Shown here one piece after another: positions 11,780 to 25,699 of a DNA stretch of 45,659 bases. The translations under genes were made by a program, and so were the position numbers. Each line of letters begins with the position of its first letter. Positions within the stretch are counted from its first letter, which is position 1. The stretch is from Octopus bimaculoides (Eukaryota). The notes beneath the pieces are model-generated. The model searched no databases. It was given only the letters and a program-made list of their open reading frames with translations, and was not told where the DNA came from. The stretch covers positions 21,568,718 to 21,614,376 of the forward strand of contig NC_068994.1 of assembly GCF_001194135.2 (NCBI RefSeq), read 5' to 3'.

Positions 11780-12600
11780 TACTGGCTTTTTGCGGGGTGG
11801 GGATGCTATGTGGATATCATGAAAATACCTCATGGAGTGATGGCCATGTTCTGCATAGTTACAGGTTGCCCTTTTGCAAAGTATAGCACTCATTCAGCCA
11901 TCCTGCCAGGGAGAAAGTGAAATCATGGGATTGCTGTATGGTGGGTTGTGAAGAGGTAACAGAAGAACTCGACTGAGCCAATGATGCTGAGCAGAGGAAT
12001 CTTGGAAGATCAATGGTCAGGAACACCAAGATCCATCAAGAAAATAACTGCAATGCATCCATAGGGGTAGCGTCCATGGTTGTGTAATCAGCTAATGAAA
12101 GATTCAGTATGATTTAAGCTCCCAATTCAAATTCATAATAACGGAATTGGTTGGTGACAGAGTCATGGGAATCTGTGAAAGCAGCATGACCAAATCATCA
12201 TATTATCATTTTACCCTAGTCTCTTTGAGATTTTGTAATTGCTAGGCATGAATTTTGCAGTTCAGCTTCCAGTCAGTGAAAATTGGTGCAACTTAATCAC
12301 TGTAATTAGTCAGTTCTAATTTGTTATAAAGGATTTTATGTTGTTAATTTTCTTTCACTAATTTGGCTTTTGGAAACAGTAATGATCTAACCTTCCAATT
12401 TATTAGTTTTGCACAAGAATGCAAAGTGTGGCCTGTTTTTATGATGTAGCCTAAACCAAGTGAAAATTCTTTAGAATATTTAGTACATAAATCATTGATT
12501 TTATTTTTAATATTCAGAGTTGAATTATGAACATTAATTAACAATGTCAGTAGTATCATTGAACATAGATATTGGTGATAAATGCTTTTGACCGATTCAT
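11780..12600 (-). mobile_element. Possible highly degraded CR1-like endonuclease region
   Basis: Only scattered motif echoes (DLGVPDH for PLGxSDH; FSPWQD; RKKP). Confidence 0.3.
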
Positions 12601-12664
12601 TCCAAATAAATTTGAATCTATTTCAGAATCAATAACTTATAAAGAATATTTAGTACATAAATCA

Positions 12665-12949
12665 GCACTGTAGTCTCCACTGAAGCTGTCCAGATTACAG
12701 CATTTACAGTGTTCACAGAACATTGAGCAGCAGTCATGATGTCGACATTTTGGTACTTGGCATGAATCATCATATTCCAATATTTAGATGGCTTCCAGTC
12801 CTCTATGCCAGCTAATTATTTCTCAACTACAGCTTTAATCTTTTTGCTCAGCAATGCTGTTGACCATTCACCAATATATGAAGCTGTACCTGAAAAAAGG
12901 AAATATAAAAAAAAAAAAAAATCATCAAATTTAGCCCAAATACCCTGTA
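12665..12949 (-). mobile_element. 5' end fragment of a maT (DD37D)-like transposon
   Basis: Begins TACAGGGTATTTGGGCTAAATTTGATG and aligns by eye over ~280 bp with the 5' end of the copy at 12950-13592. Confidence 0.55.
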
Positions 12950-13592
12950 GATTATGTCTGGAAGATAACTTACTCAAAGTAGCCACCCTCAGCTTCCAGA
13001 GAGCTCTGGAACCTGTGTCTCTAGTAAGATCTATGAACACCTTGATCTTGGCCTAGGGGTTGCAGGCAGAGCAGTTGGTGTTTTTTTCCTAACTGCACCC
13101 CAGGAATGGTGGCTGGTAAAGTCTCCGACAACCACTTCTAACTCTTTCTGGAGGCATAGTAAGGAGCCAAATCCTGTTGCTACACGTATAGCCTTTCAGC
13201 CCAGGATTTACTAGTCTCCAGCAGCTCCACATAGCTGATTCAATTGAGTCAGTGGAGATAAATTCCAGTGTGCAGATGCAGTCAGAGCGTCTCCCCTTCT
13301 GCTGGCAATAGCTTCATAGTCTCTGTTGCAGCCATCCATTTCATGCCTTGCAGCCTTTACAATGTTTACAGAGCATTGAACATCATGTTAGCATCTTGAC
13401 ACCTAGCCTGACTCATCATGGTAACTCTTTTCCAGTATTCAGATGGCATCCAGTCCTCCATGTTAGCTAACTTTTATGCTTTCCAATGCTGTTGGCTCTT
13501 CACCAATACATCAAGCTATTCCTAAAAAAAGGACAAAAAAAAAAACCCCCAGAAAAAAAGAATCTCATCAGATTTTGCTCAAACACCCTGTA
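12950..13592 (-). mobile_element. Internally deleted maT (DD37D)-like transposon
   Basis: 5' end TACAGGGTGTTTGAGCAAAATC; QQDLAPYYASRKS.KWLSE and NTNCSACNP..KIKVFIDLTRDT resemble the maT catalytic and C-terminal regions; third Asp not visible. Confidence 0.55.
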
Positions 13593-16500
13593 AATGAATT
13601 TCGTGTGTCAATATTTGCTAGCATATGCATAGCACTCAAAGGAAACATTTACTCAGGTATTCATTTAACATTATTTTCTGTAATATTGACCCACCTTTAC
13701 TTCACTGTTCTTAATAACTGGGTTGAATGTAACATAAAATTGCTTCATTTCTTCTGCCTGGCAAATTATATTAATAGCATTATTTCTACAACTCTATTGG
13801 CTTTGTAAAACATACATTTTATGTAAACTTTGCTTTGATTGAAATTAGTTATATTCTATATCTGTATAATTCTCCAGTTTCAAATTTGCACTCCCAAATC
13901 ATGTATTGAATTATTTTACCAATTAGACTGGAAGAACATTATCTTCTGTTGGCATGTAGACAATATAAGTAGTATGCATATTTATTATCATTGCTATTGT
14001 AATGAACCCTTAATTTTATACAATTCTTGACCCTTGACTTTCAAACAAACAGCAATGCTTTCGATTCAATAGACATTCTTCTGATAGGAGAGTACAATAC
14101 AGTTGTTTACAATTCCCAATAGTTTTGTTTACAACAACTAGGTTTGTCTGTATTCTTGCTGCTATTATTCCCAGTTTTTTTTGAGTCAGTTGTCTGCATG
14201 AAGCTGACCCAACAACCCATCTTGTTTTCCATGATTTAAACCCCATTCTCTAACATGACAAAATAGCGAGTAGTTTTTGCCTTCATTATTGATGCAGTTT
14301 AGACAGAAATAATTGGTAATCCAATTATGATAGAACAATTGTCAATTACATGGAACACTAACCAGCTCAACAGTGGCACATCAATACCATCATCTCATAC
14401 ATGAAACAGATCAACATTAACTATGGCAAATATTTAATCACCATCTCTCTACCAAAACTCAAGAAAAAACAAACAAACAAATTCAGTAGAAATATGGTTT
14501 TAATTACTGGTTACCTATGTAAACAGGATTTCTTGGGAAAGTTTCTTTTATATCTTGTTAATTTTTCAAGCAATGAAACAGTTAATATCTTTAAATAATA
14601 ATTAATCATTTCAACCTTTTAACTGTTTTCAACATGTATTGGCCTAATCTACCACCCAGTAACAAATATTTCCTTTTTCTTGGGTGGCTTTATCATTAAC
14701 TCAATTTTCGTTTGTTTCACACACACAACTAACATAAATACAGGAACAATACACATTAATCAATTAATTATGCAGCTGAAGAGCAGACTTGCTGTAGTCT
14801 GCAGTTTTCAGCTTTCCCCTCCAACTAGATATTCCTTTAGAGCACATGGTGATATCAAAGTAAACCATATTTATGTTAGGAAAACTATACCATTTCACCT
14901 TTCTGCAGATTCTCTTATATGAAAGCATTTTCTTAAGATTCACTTGCAATGTGCACATGCAAAACCTTACTTGTAGCTTGTGTGCATATCACACACTCAC
15001 TTGTATCTTGTATACATATCATGCAGCCACCTGTCCAATTTGCACCTTGCACATGCATACATGCTATTTCTCTGTTGGTTCTACAGTCAACTCACTTCTA
15101 TTAAAATATTTGTATTACCATTTTGTTAGTTGTTATCAATCACTGCTTCTCCATCAATCTAAGCGGCTAATGTAACAATTTCATTCTCTTCAAGCAACAA
15201 GTGGTATTTTGGTTTCACTGTTTTATCACATTTTATTTTCACCATTTTAACTATCCTAAATAGGAGTGTGACAGTTTACTCTTTTTTGGTTTTCACTTCA
15301 ATGGAGCAGATTGAGCTGTTTTCTCTTTCCACAGTAAAAAAGCAATACAGAGCAGAACAACCAACCATTTAGTGATTTCTATCAATAATACACATATGTT
15401 CACTTCTTTTCCTTTTCTCATGATCTGCTTGCATACATGTGGCACTCAAATAAGTCAATGACATAACATTACTTTTTACAATACAGAACCTCTCATTTAG
15501 CTAGTCATGGTACAAGACATGTCCTGTTTAAATGAATTGCCTTCAAGCCAATTATATTAATAATGCTTTTTCTACAACACAAATGACAATTTTGTAATTA
15601 AAAAAAAAAAAGCTGTAATACATTATGATTTATGTAAATTTGGTCGGATTGTAAATTGAAACCCGTTACATTTTGTGCTTGAATTATTGTAACTATTTCA
15701 ATCCTGCATTTTAGAAACAATGTGCAGTCTAGTTCCTATTGAATTATTCTATCAATAAGACAGAACACAATCTTTCTTTTTTTGGTATGTAGAAAATAAA
15801 GGACAAATGATACATAATTTAGTATTATTATCTCAGCAAATCCTTTATTTTCTACAAGTGAAATAATCAAGATCTAACTAATTGTAATTTCCCAATCACT
15901 CATTTCTAACTATTTTACTGAAGAAAACTGAGACTGGAAAAACTCTGAGATTGCTTATGTTTTCATGAATTAATCAGGACCTGAATAAGAAGTGGTTTAC
16001 ACATATGGACATAGAAACAACAGCTGACACAAACTTGCTAAGAGCAGAGTTCAATATCACTAATGTGAGCAAATTGAGGACATTTTATTGTTAAATGTGA
16101 TACAGTAGTCCAATGTCACTGTGAATAGTAGTTGTAGTAATAATTTTGTAAGGCAAATAGAGCCAAGAATCATGTCTAGATATAACAAAATGCTTTTAAG
16201 AGCGTACTAATTCATGACAGAGCAGCATTCAGCTATTACACATTGATGTAATAACAATAATGATTTCTTTCATAAATAATAATTTCTTTCATAACAACAA
16301 TAATGTTTACAAAACATTTGAAAATTTTACAGAACAACTACATTAGTCCCCCACCTCTCTCAACCACTCAGCCCTGTCCAAGCAAAGCTTTAGAATACAA
16401 TACAGTTCTTTGGTCGACTGAAAAAGAAAGAGGAATCACAAGTTCAAAACTTGATAGGGCTGGTATTCTGACTAAAGCTGACTTTTACTTGGCAGTGTCT

Positions 16501-16599
16501 TGGCGATAAATAGGTGTATATTCACTTTTATGTCAGTTATCCCACTAATCATCAGAGACATTATATGACCAGTTCTCTTCAACTGGCATAGTCTGGAAC

Positions 16600-17500
16600 T
16601 TGGTCTCCATCAGGCAGTTTCTGGTGGTTAACTCTTTATGACAAGTGGAATTCCTAAAGGCACTTCATGTTTTCAAAAGTGCAGCAATGATCCTTGCATG
16701 GATTACATATAGGTAAAGCCATGTGAGCTAAGACTGTACTTTCATTGTGAACATTAATTCTGGTCAACAAGTTCAAATCCAATCAAAACTCTTGCCAATG
16801 ACATTAGAGTTCTATATCATGTCTCCTTATCATGTAGTAGTAGTAGTAGTAATGCAACACCCTAACTTGTAATATATCACACTATTACACAGAATCACAG
16901 CATTATCTGACCTACATATTAGCTATTACAAACTCAAGAATCATCTACAGAACTAGGCTCCACACATCTGAGAGGGTTTAAGACCCTGAATACTTGAACC
17001 CTGATCATGAACTTTCTTAAGTGCTTAAATACAGGAGACATAAATATACTGACATAGTCTCATTCCATTAATAATATACAACACTAAAAGAGACACCAAC
17101 CTAAGGCTTTTATTTTTCTTTCAGTTTTTAACTTTTTCAAGAAAATCAACGAGTAAATAAATGGAGCACAAGTGCACTTGGTCACCAGAAGCTGGAAATC
17201 TAAACATTCTATGCAATTTCAATATTATTATAGAGACACACAAGCACATCAAAAATTTTTAATGTGTCTCACACTGGCTGCTATAGTTTTTAATTGAAAC
17301 TAAATTCTTAGAAAGCTACACTGCAATTCTAGCATCTAATAAAATCCAGTAACTAAACGAACATCAGAGCATCAAAAACACAATTTAACAATGCACACCT
17401 TCCAGTATATGTCTTGAATAACTAACTAAACACACCAACTGAGTCTTGATTAAGTGCAAGTAAAGTGTTGTTCAGGGATAACATTGGAATGCTGGCAACA
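16600..17500 (+). mobile_element. Degraded CR1/L2-like RT remnant
   Basis: Echoes MTSGIPKG (VTSGVPQG), LANDIRVLY (FADDTKLY) and MEHKCTWSP (LEYxxxVWSP) in the expected order. Confidence 0.35.
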
Positions 17501-19905
17501 GGTAAGAACCCAGAATGTGAAATCTTATCTTTCTAGATATTCTACATTAATATAACATCATCAACAATAATAATGATGATGATGAATTTTAAATTGACAC
17601 AGGCCTTTTTTTTTTGTTAACCAGTTTTATTGACCCTGGAATAATGAAAGGCAAAATCAATTTGAATCAATCTCCTTTACCACAACTCATTTTGTCTATC
17701 ACTACCATTTTTGTGATGCTAGAGCCTTAATCATCATCATCATTGAAAATAAAACTAATGTAATAATAGACTGTGATTGTCAAGTAGACAGACTGTTGCA
17801 GGCAGAGTTATGCAGTCTGTCGAGAGACATAACATGATAGATAAAGTAAGGTTTGGAGTCATGATCATATGGATAGAAATGTAGTGACATAGCTACATAT
17901 ATAACCAATGTTTTAGAGTCCATTTTTGCATGTTGGTATGATTTGGGTAGATCAACAATAAAGTGCCACATATCTTGATCATGAAAATTACCCAGTTCTT
18001 GATAACAGGGAAAGAAACATTAAATACAAAATCAAAATACTTTTTGATGAGTCACAAAGTTGAAGATTTAAAGAGGAAGGAAATAGGGTACATGATGCTC
18101 GTACTAATTTGAAAGGTATTAGCAGTGTAAAGGTATGAAATGGCTTCAACCAGGAACCGAAACTGCACTGTGAATTCACTAAAGTACTAGTTACTATAAT
18201 AAAATAATGGTTTCTCACACTGGCATAACATCAAGTAACCAAAATCCTCCCTAATTCTATTTTGGGAAATTGAAATCTATAATTGATGTGTGAATATATA
18301 AAGAGAGAGGTTTTATTAATAGAGAAATATTAATTGAAGGTTGTGTTTCCAAAACAGAACTCCATCCTTCAAATCCAGATTCTCAAACTTGGTTCACAAT
18401 TAATTGATACTTTGCTCAGCAAGATTACACAAACATGCTACACCTTTGAGTTAATCATCCATCAATACTTTCTTTTAGTCTTGCAAGTGATAATATATTG
18501 ATTCCAAGAAAGAACAAAGTGAAGTGCTTTTTTCATTGCCTTTGCCACATTGACAGGTGGACGTAAACTCAAAGCTAATAAAAACTCATCGCTTTTAGAA
18601 ATACTACAAAAGATTACATCTGTGAACTACACCAATTACTAACACCAGTTCAGAGTTTGCTTCACTTAGCTGTTAGAGTTGCATCCCATTCATTTGATTA
18701 TCTGCACTCTCCATTTCACATTCTTTGAGAGACATTAAGTATACATGATAGAACCAAGGTGACCAAATTATAACCAGTGACATGTGAGAATCATGTCTTG
18801 TGTGCAGAAGATCCTAAAAATCTTAAATCAACCCTCGCTTATCAGGTGGATGTTTGGCAATATTATCTTGAGGGGAGACAGTGCATACAAATACATACAT
18901 ACAGTATACACATATGAAAAAAAGAACATACATGAGTTGGAGGGTGGATATATTGGCCTCTATTTTATGCTCTGTCACTTCAAATGTTGAATAATAACAT
19001 GAAAAAAAAATGAATAAATTAGTATCCTCCCAAACCACCACACTTCCAATGTTACTTTGCTTATTTCAAAATTTATTTTATTTTTATTAAATAGTTTTAT
19101 CTCCAGTGACAATGTGTGTGCAAACACATCTGCGAGTTTAGTTCTGTTCCATAAGTTTACAAAACAAAAAACACACAAGAGAGAGAGAGAGAGTCAGAAA
19201 GTGAAAATAAGAATAGGAAAAGACTACAGAGTGTATTGAAAATATCATTGGCAACAAACCAAGATATGGCTACATACTCAAACTGAACAAGAAATTATTC
19301 TATAAATCAAGTGAAGAAGAAAAAGAATACATGTGAAGAAGGTAGATGTGGTGGTAGGGAATGGGGGGAGTTGAGGCGTTTTCAATTCTGCTAAAACAAA
19401 ACTGCCACATTTGATAAAGGAAAAACAAACATCATCATCATCAACAACAATCTCAATAACAATAACAAGGGTAGTGAATGTCACTTGCGATTCTACCGCA
19501 AAAACAACCACCATCAACATGGCTGCTGACAAAAACAACAAAAAAAGTTAATCAATGGCAATAATAGAGTGTAAAACAACAAGAGGAGAGAAAAAAAAAA
19601 AAAAAGACAAGTTTTCCTCAGAACATTCTTAGATTCTTTGATAGGTAGAAAAGCCATCGTTCAAGATGAGGGACACAGCATAACACTGTTTCTGAGAAAA
19701 TACATAATTGCGCTTGCAAATATCAGACTAACTGTCTGTCTATCACTGGAGGAAATAGTTTTGATTTTTTTCACTCCAGAACCCTTCAGTTGATTGCAAT
19801 CTGCATATGCTATTAGCAGTATGCATTATATATATATACACGCACACACATAAATATATAACATGTATATTAATACACTATATATATTTTACACACACAC
19901 ACACA

Positions 19906-21531
19906 CAGTGGCCAAAATTCTGAACATTTTCTTACATAGTTGTTGCTTGTTGACTTTGTGCCCATTTCCTATTTATAATAATTTTCCTTGATATCTTCAA
20001 AGAATACTTTATGGTTCTGTAACCTAAGTTACTTTAAAATGGATATTGTTCTTCAACTGAATAAAGCAACATTGACATTTAAATACTGCAAAATGCATTA
20101 ATGTCAAGTACCTGAAGCACCATATAAAGCAAAATAATTTAGTGTACTGTATAACAATAAGTATTAGTGTTCAGAACAATATTATGTTTGCTTCAATCAA
20201 CTGAGTTTTCCAAACTGAAAACTGATACTGGTCTACATTCTTGATTATGAATGTTTTATCGGGTTAAGGTTGAGGTTCTTTACAATCCATTGTAAAAACG
20301 TTTATTTTATGGTCTTCAACCATTTCATACCGGATTTCGCTCAATATGGGGGTGCTGTCAACCTGAAAAATTGCTTCATTTGAATTATGAGGAAGTATGT
20401 CAACTTCATTCAAAAAATAGTTTCTTTAAATTTAAATTTCTATTTATAATTTCAATATGGCTACAATTTCTACACTATTACATTTCTTGACAGTCTTGTT
20501 TTAAATTAAAGAGCTTGTACCTGATACTTCTATTGCTTGATCTGACCTCTCAAGCTGATAATGTCTGCAAGATTTTTTTTGATGTCTTCCAATGATCAGT
20601 TAGAGCTGACTTGATATGTTGGTTAGGCTACTCGCTGTGTTTTGCAGTCTTCACAGTTTCAACCTTTTTTATAAGTGTTGACAAACTTTTTTATGCCACA
20701 TTTTGTTCCATGTTCTACAATGTTTCTAGTTATTTGTTGAAAGGTGTAAACTTATTCTCAAAGGATCTATTCATTGCTTAGATAAGTGGTTCTCAACCAG
20801 TCTTTTTTTTTTACCTATGGACTCCTTTCATCACTACTTTACACTGGTGAACCCCATAGCTATTCAATGTTTAAAAACTATTTATACAGATACTTCTTTC
20901 AAAATTCCTATTTTGTCTTACAAAGATTAACTTGTGTAGGTTGAACTATATAAAATATTAGAGAAAGAAACAGATTTTCCTTGCTGTAAAAACATCTAAA
21001 GAAAAATTTCTTCATGGGCCCCCCCCCCCCATCTCCACCCCCAGGGGTCATGTAGACTCTAGTTGACAACCACTAGCTTAGATGGTGGCCAATTATTTTG
21101 AACATGTGAGAACATGTGAAGAAGGCAAATTCAATACTTTACCATCAATGATTGAGTAGTTGCGAGAAATAATGAGAGTGTAGATCAATGAAAGGCAACC
21201 TCTGAAACTAGTGTGATCGGGCTTCAACAATAATTGGTTACTGAAAGTAATCATACTGTGTTCACCACTAATTGGTGACTTAAAGAGGAATGATCCTGTT
21301 ACAATGTTGATTGGCTAATGAACAGGAAGTACAGAAATCACATTTTTACTTTCAGTAACAGATTTATACAGCCTTAATTTTATTAATATCTGTTTTAGTG
21401 TGAACAACATATCAATTTCAAAGTAAAATAGATAAAAGATCAACAAAACTTTTGAAATTGATTACAAACATAATGAAGAGGAAAAAGTATGAACCCAACA
21501 GGTAACAAGGGTATAAGAGTTTTGGCCACTA
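19906..21531 (-). mobile_element. Degraded Tc1-like DNA transposon
   Basis: Ends CAGTGGCCAAAA / TTTTGGCCACTA (11/12 inverted); internal IFQVDSTP (FQxDNAP) and NLNLNPIKH (SPDLNPIE) on the minus strand. Confidence 0.6.
20784..21075. mobile_element. hAT (Charlie-like) MITE, 292 bp, inserted in the Tc1 remnant
   Basis: TIRs AAGTGGTTCTCAACC / AGTTGACAACCACTA (12/15); exact 8-bp TSD GCTTAGAT at 20776-20783 and 21076-21083. Confidence 0.8.
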
Positions 21532-21535
<4 letters not shown>

Positions 21536-21569
<34 letters not shown>

Positions 21570-22154
21570 CATACACATTTATACACCCAGGTATATGCAT
21601 ATATATGTATATATACACACATATGCATATAAACACACATATACACATACACAACACATATATTTATCCATATGCATATTGAATATACAAATATATACAA
21701 ACGTTTATGGATAGATAAATTTACATAGGCACGTATATATATATATATATNNNNNNNNNNNNNNNNNNNNNNNNNNNNNNNNNNNNNNNNNNNNNNNNNN
21801 NNNNNNNNNNNNNNNNNNNNNNNNNNNNNNNNNNNNNNNNNNNNNNNNNNNNNNNNNNNNNNNNNNNNNNNNNNNNNNNNNNNNNNNNNNNNNNNNNNNN
21901 NNNNNNNNNNNNNNNNNNNNNNNNNNNNNNNNNNNNNNNNNNNNNNNNNNNNNNNNNNNNNNNNNNNNNNNNNNNNNNNNNNNNNNNNNNNNNNNNNNNN
22001 NNNNNNNNNNNNNNNNNNNNNNNNNNNNNNNNNNNNNNNNNNNNNNNNNNNNNNNNNNNNNNNNNNNNNNNNNNNNNNNNNNNNNNNNNNNNNNNNNNNN
22101 NNNNNNNNNNNNNNNNNNNNNNNNNNNNNNNNNNNNNNNNNNNNNNNNNNNNNN

Positions 22155-22202
<48 letters not shown>

Positions 22203-23349
22203 AGGACAGATATGTCTGTGTGTGGGATTAAGAAAAATGAAAGTTTACATTAGTAGTAACTATTTTATATGCATGTATATTACATTTGCTCAGCTGTCTC
22301 AACATGTTACTCAACATGTTATCATGTGTGGAGTCAGGAATTTTTGACAGGTTGATATTTGTGTAACTATAAAGAAGTGAGCATGAGTGTGTGTATGTTT
22401 GTATATATACATGCAAATACATGTGTGTGTGTGTGTGTGTGTCTCATCAGACACAACCATATAAAAATGTATGTTTGTGTGCATATGCTAATTTTAGTTT
22501 AGACATACAGCTTTGGTTGTGTGAATATACATTAAAATAAAAAACAAACACTGATGCATATGCATATAATCATTTGTGTAGATAAGTAAAGGGTATACGA
22601 GAGTGGATTTAGTCACAAGTAACAGGAGTGGATTTTAGGTTCTGTAACAAACAAAAAGTAAAAAATAAAACATAAAAAATATGTTCACAAATAAACAAAA
22701 ACAAAAAATTGGATGCATGTGCATGAGAAGAATTTGATGTATATACATGTACATACACACACGAATGTGTGTATGTGTACTGATACACATGTGAATGAAA
22801 TAGTGTGTATATTCAGGGAAAATTAAATTCACATTTTACAGCATATATGTACATGTGTGTGTGTATGTGAATGCATGCATGCATGCACACGTTTACATTA
22901 TGCTGTAGCCAAACACTAAAACCACTCTCCACAAAAAGATAGATGCGAAAATGTAAATACATAAATGCATATATGTATATACTTATGTCACCATCATCAT
23001 CATTTAACATCTGTCTTCCATGCAGGCATAGGTTGGAGAATACATATTTTAAATTACACTTATACAATTATATGCAAACATAACAGTATATATATATATA
23101 TATATATATACATACATACATGAGTGTGTGTGTGTGTCTATATACCTTGTGCTATATCTGTATACAATTGTGTAATTTGTGGAGCTACATCACTGGCTCA
23201 AGGGCATAGAGTTTACTCCACAAACATTTCAGTCTTAGTCACAGATATAGCAGCACATGCATTGTTTCATGGGTTGTGTTTTCTCCTGTAAGAACCACTG
23301 ATACATGTATGCACTCTCTCTTATGATCACACATTCCAACATAAATGCC

Positions 23350-23386
<37 letters not shown>

Positions 23387-23485
23387 TCACCATCATATAA
23401 TGTCTGTCTTCCATGCATGCATGGGTAGGATGGTTAACAGAAATACACACACGTAATATACATACATTTTTGTATACATATACAC

Positions 23486-23560
<75 letters not shown>

Positions 23561-24200
23561 CATACATACATATACACATAAATACACACACACACACATA
23601 TATATAGACACACAGAGATACATATGGATATGTTAGTAATGAACTGAAAGAATGAGTACTAAACACCGGATGAGTGGATAAATATTTCTTTTAATAGAAT
23701 TGTGTTAATTTTTGGAGGACAATTCCCATTAATTTAACCAGATTTTGAAGTTCAATCAATACACTGCCATTGATTTGACAAATCAACAGCAGAATATAAG
23801 TACTTCAAACTTAACAAGGATATATATATGTATATAGGCATATATAAATGAATATACACACACATATGTATACATATATATATTATATATAGATGTATAT
23901 GTATATAATATATACATATATTTGTATAACATATATTCATTTACATAGTTATATATACAAAAATACTTTCACGCATATATACACACGTGTACATAAATAA
24001 AAAATGTATACATACATTCAAATATGGACATTACATATACATAAAACCTACACACACACATACATGACAAACATATACATATAAACATACATGTAAATGT
24101 ACTTGTTAAAACCAGTTATGATAAATATATCTATAAATTCACATACAAACAATTCAATCTATTTAATCCATCTTGCCATATATATATATATATGCACACA
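21536..24200. repeat. Dense (TA)n/(CA)n/(TG)n microsatellite field
   Basis: Multiple pure TA runs (e.g. ~23489-23557) and interrupted CA/TA tracts; source of the spurious YIYI and CVCV ORFs. Confidence 0.95.
21751..22155. other. Assembly gap (405 N) flanked by (TA)n
   Basis: Read directly. Confidence 1.
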
Positions 24201-25699
24201 TACACACTGTTTGCTTGTCCATGCACTTCTCACTATTCTAGAATGTGTTTAGACAAATATTTATTATTAAGGCATTATTTTACAGCCAGATGCTCTTCCT
24301 GTCACCAAACCTTACCTGTTATATAAGCAAGGAATCTCTTACTCAAACATACTGTCAAAAGTGCAGAGCCAATGGACAACGTTGCTGACATGAAAAATGA
24401 CAACAAACTTTAACTGCTTGGAGCTCTGGACATTTTAATGTGAAGCTTGGAAGGTATAAACATTCACTAAGTTACTCCTCCCCTCCCCACACACATAACA
24501 GCTGTCTACCAAATTCATTTGCAAAACATTGGCTAGCCTGGTTTCACAGCAGTAGACAGTAGCTTTAGGTGCTGCTGGGTAGGAGAAAACCAAAACCACA
24601 AGGATAAGTGATCCTCCTAATCACATATGCATACTTTGCCTTATATATGTATATATGCCTACAAACACACACAAACAGACACGTGTGTATGTGTATATGC
24701 ATTACTTCACCAGATCAAATGAATACATATTTTAAATTTGGTACCGAGTTTCAGTAACTGTTTGATGCAATACTAAGTTATGAAAAGTTTAAAAACAAGA
24801 ATCACCACTGGTTGCCAAGTGATGACAAACACACACAAACATATGCAACTGCCTTCAAATGTTGTGTGTGTGTGTGTGTGTGTATACATATATTTATATA
24901 CACACACACATGAAATAAAAGATGGCATTAATGCAATTATATGAGATGTTATCTTTACAGCTGTTTCCAAAGTTGATGCTACAGTGCATATTAGGCAAAC
25001 AGATGTACATAGCGAAACAATAATCATATACAGCAAATAAGCAAAAATATCAAGCATGATACGTTAATATCTTTATGCTAGAAATGCTGAATATTTTCAT
25101 CAGAAGGATCAGTAGCAAATGTGAATGCAATAGTAGCAGGTTACATATTTAGGAAAATCCATAAGCATCAATAAAAAGATGGAGGAAGAAGAGGGTAATT
25201 AGAACTGGTGATGTGAATAAAGGAAAAGAAGAGAAAGGATGTAAGATCTAGAGCAAAAATATGTCATTAAAATGTGTGAGAGAGGTGGGATATAGAAAAA
25301 GGGTGAGAAAGAAGAAAGTAAAGAATGAAAGACTGGTTTGAAAAGCTTGACTATTAAGGTTGTAGATCTAAGTTTGAAGAATATGGAATAAAGAAGCGAG
25401 ATGAAAGAGAATCTATTAAGAAAAAAGAAATGGTAAATGAAATGGCCTCTTCTGTGTAAAAGAGGCATTGACAAGCTGATTTAAGTGTCTGAATGTGTAG
25501 ATAAGAATAAAGCCAGTAGAAAAATATAAAGAAATAAAAAGATGTAAATGTATAAGGATGAACTATAAAAATCAACAATATTACGTAAATGAAAAATGTA
25601 CAATAATTGTAAAGTTCCATTTGAATTAAGGTAGGTCAACATTCTATTTAGGCTAAAGACATAAAAGCAAGAATTAGAATGTTAGATCTGAATACAAAT

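Noticed and set aside
8500-12600. Four-level nest with one RLE LINE enclosing the Gypsy fossil
   Set aside because: 11780-12600 looks more like a CR1 endonuclease than the matching RT, so the two flanks probably belong to different elements.
19278-19541. 87-aa minus-strand ORF and nearby AACATGGC motif as a gene start
   Set aside because: Driven by CAA/CAT trinucleotide runs; no splice partner or recognisable domain.
21751-22155. Content of the N gap
   Set aside because: No sequence; the gap size is probably an estimate and could hide an exon.
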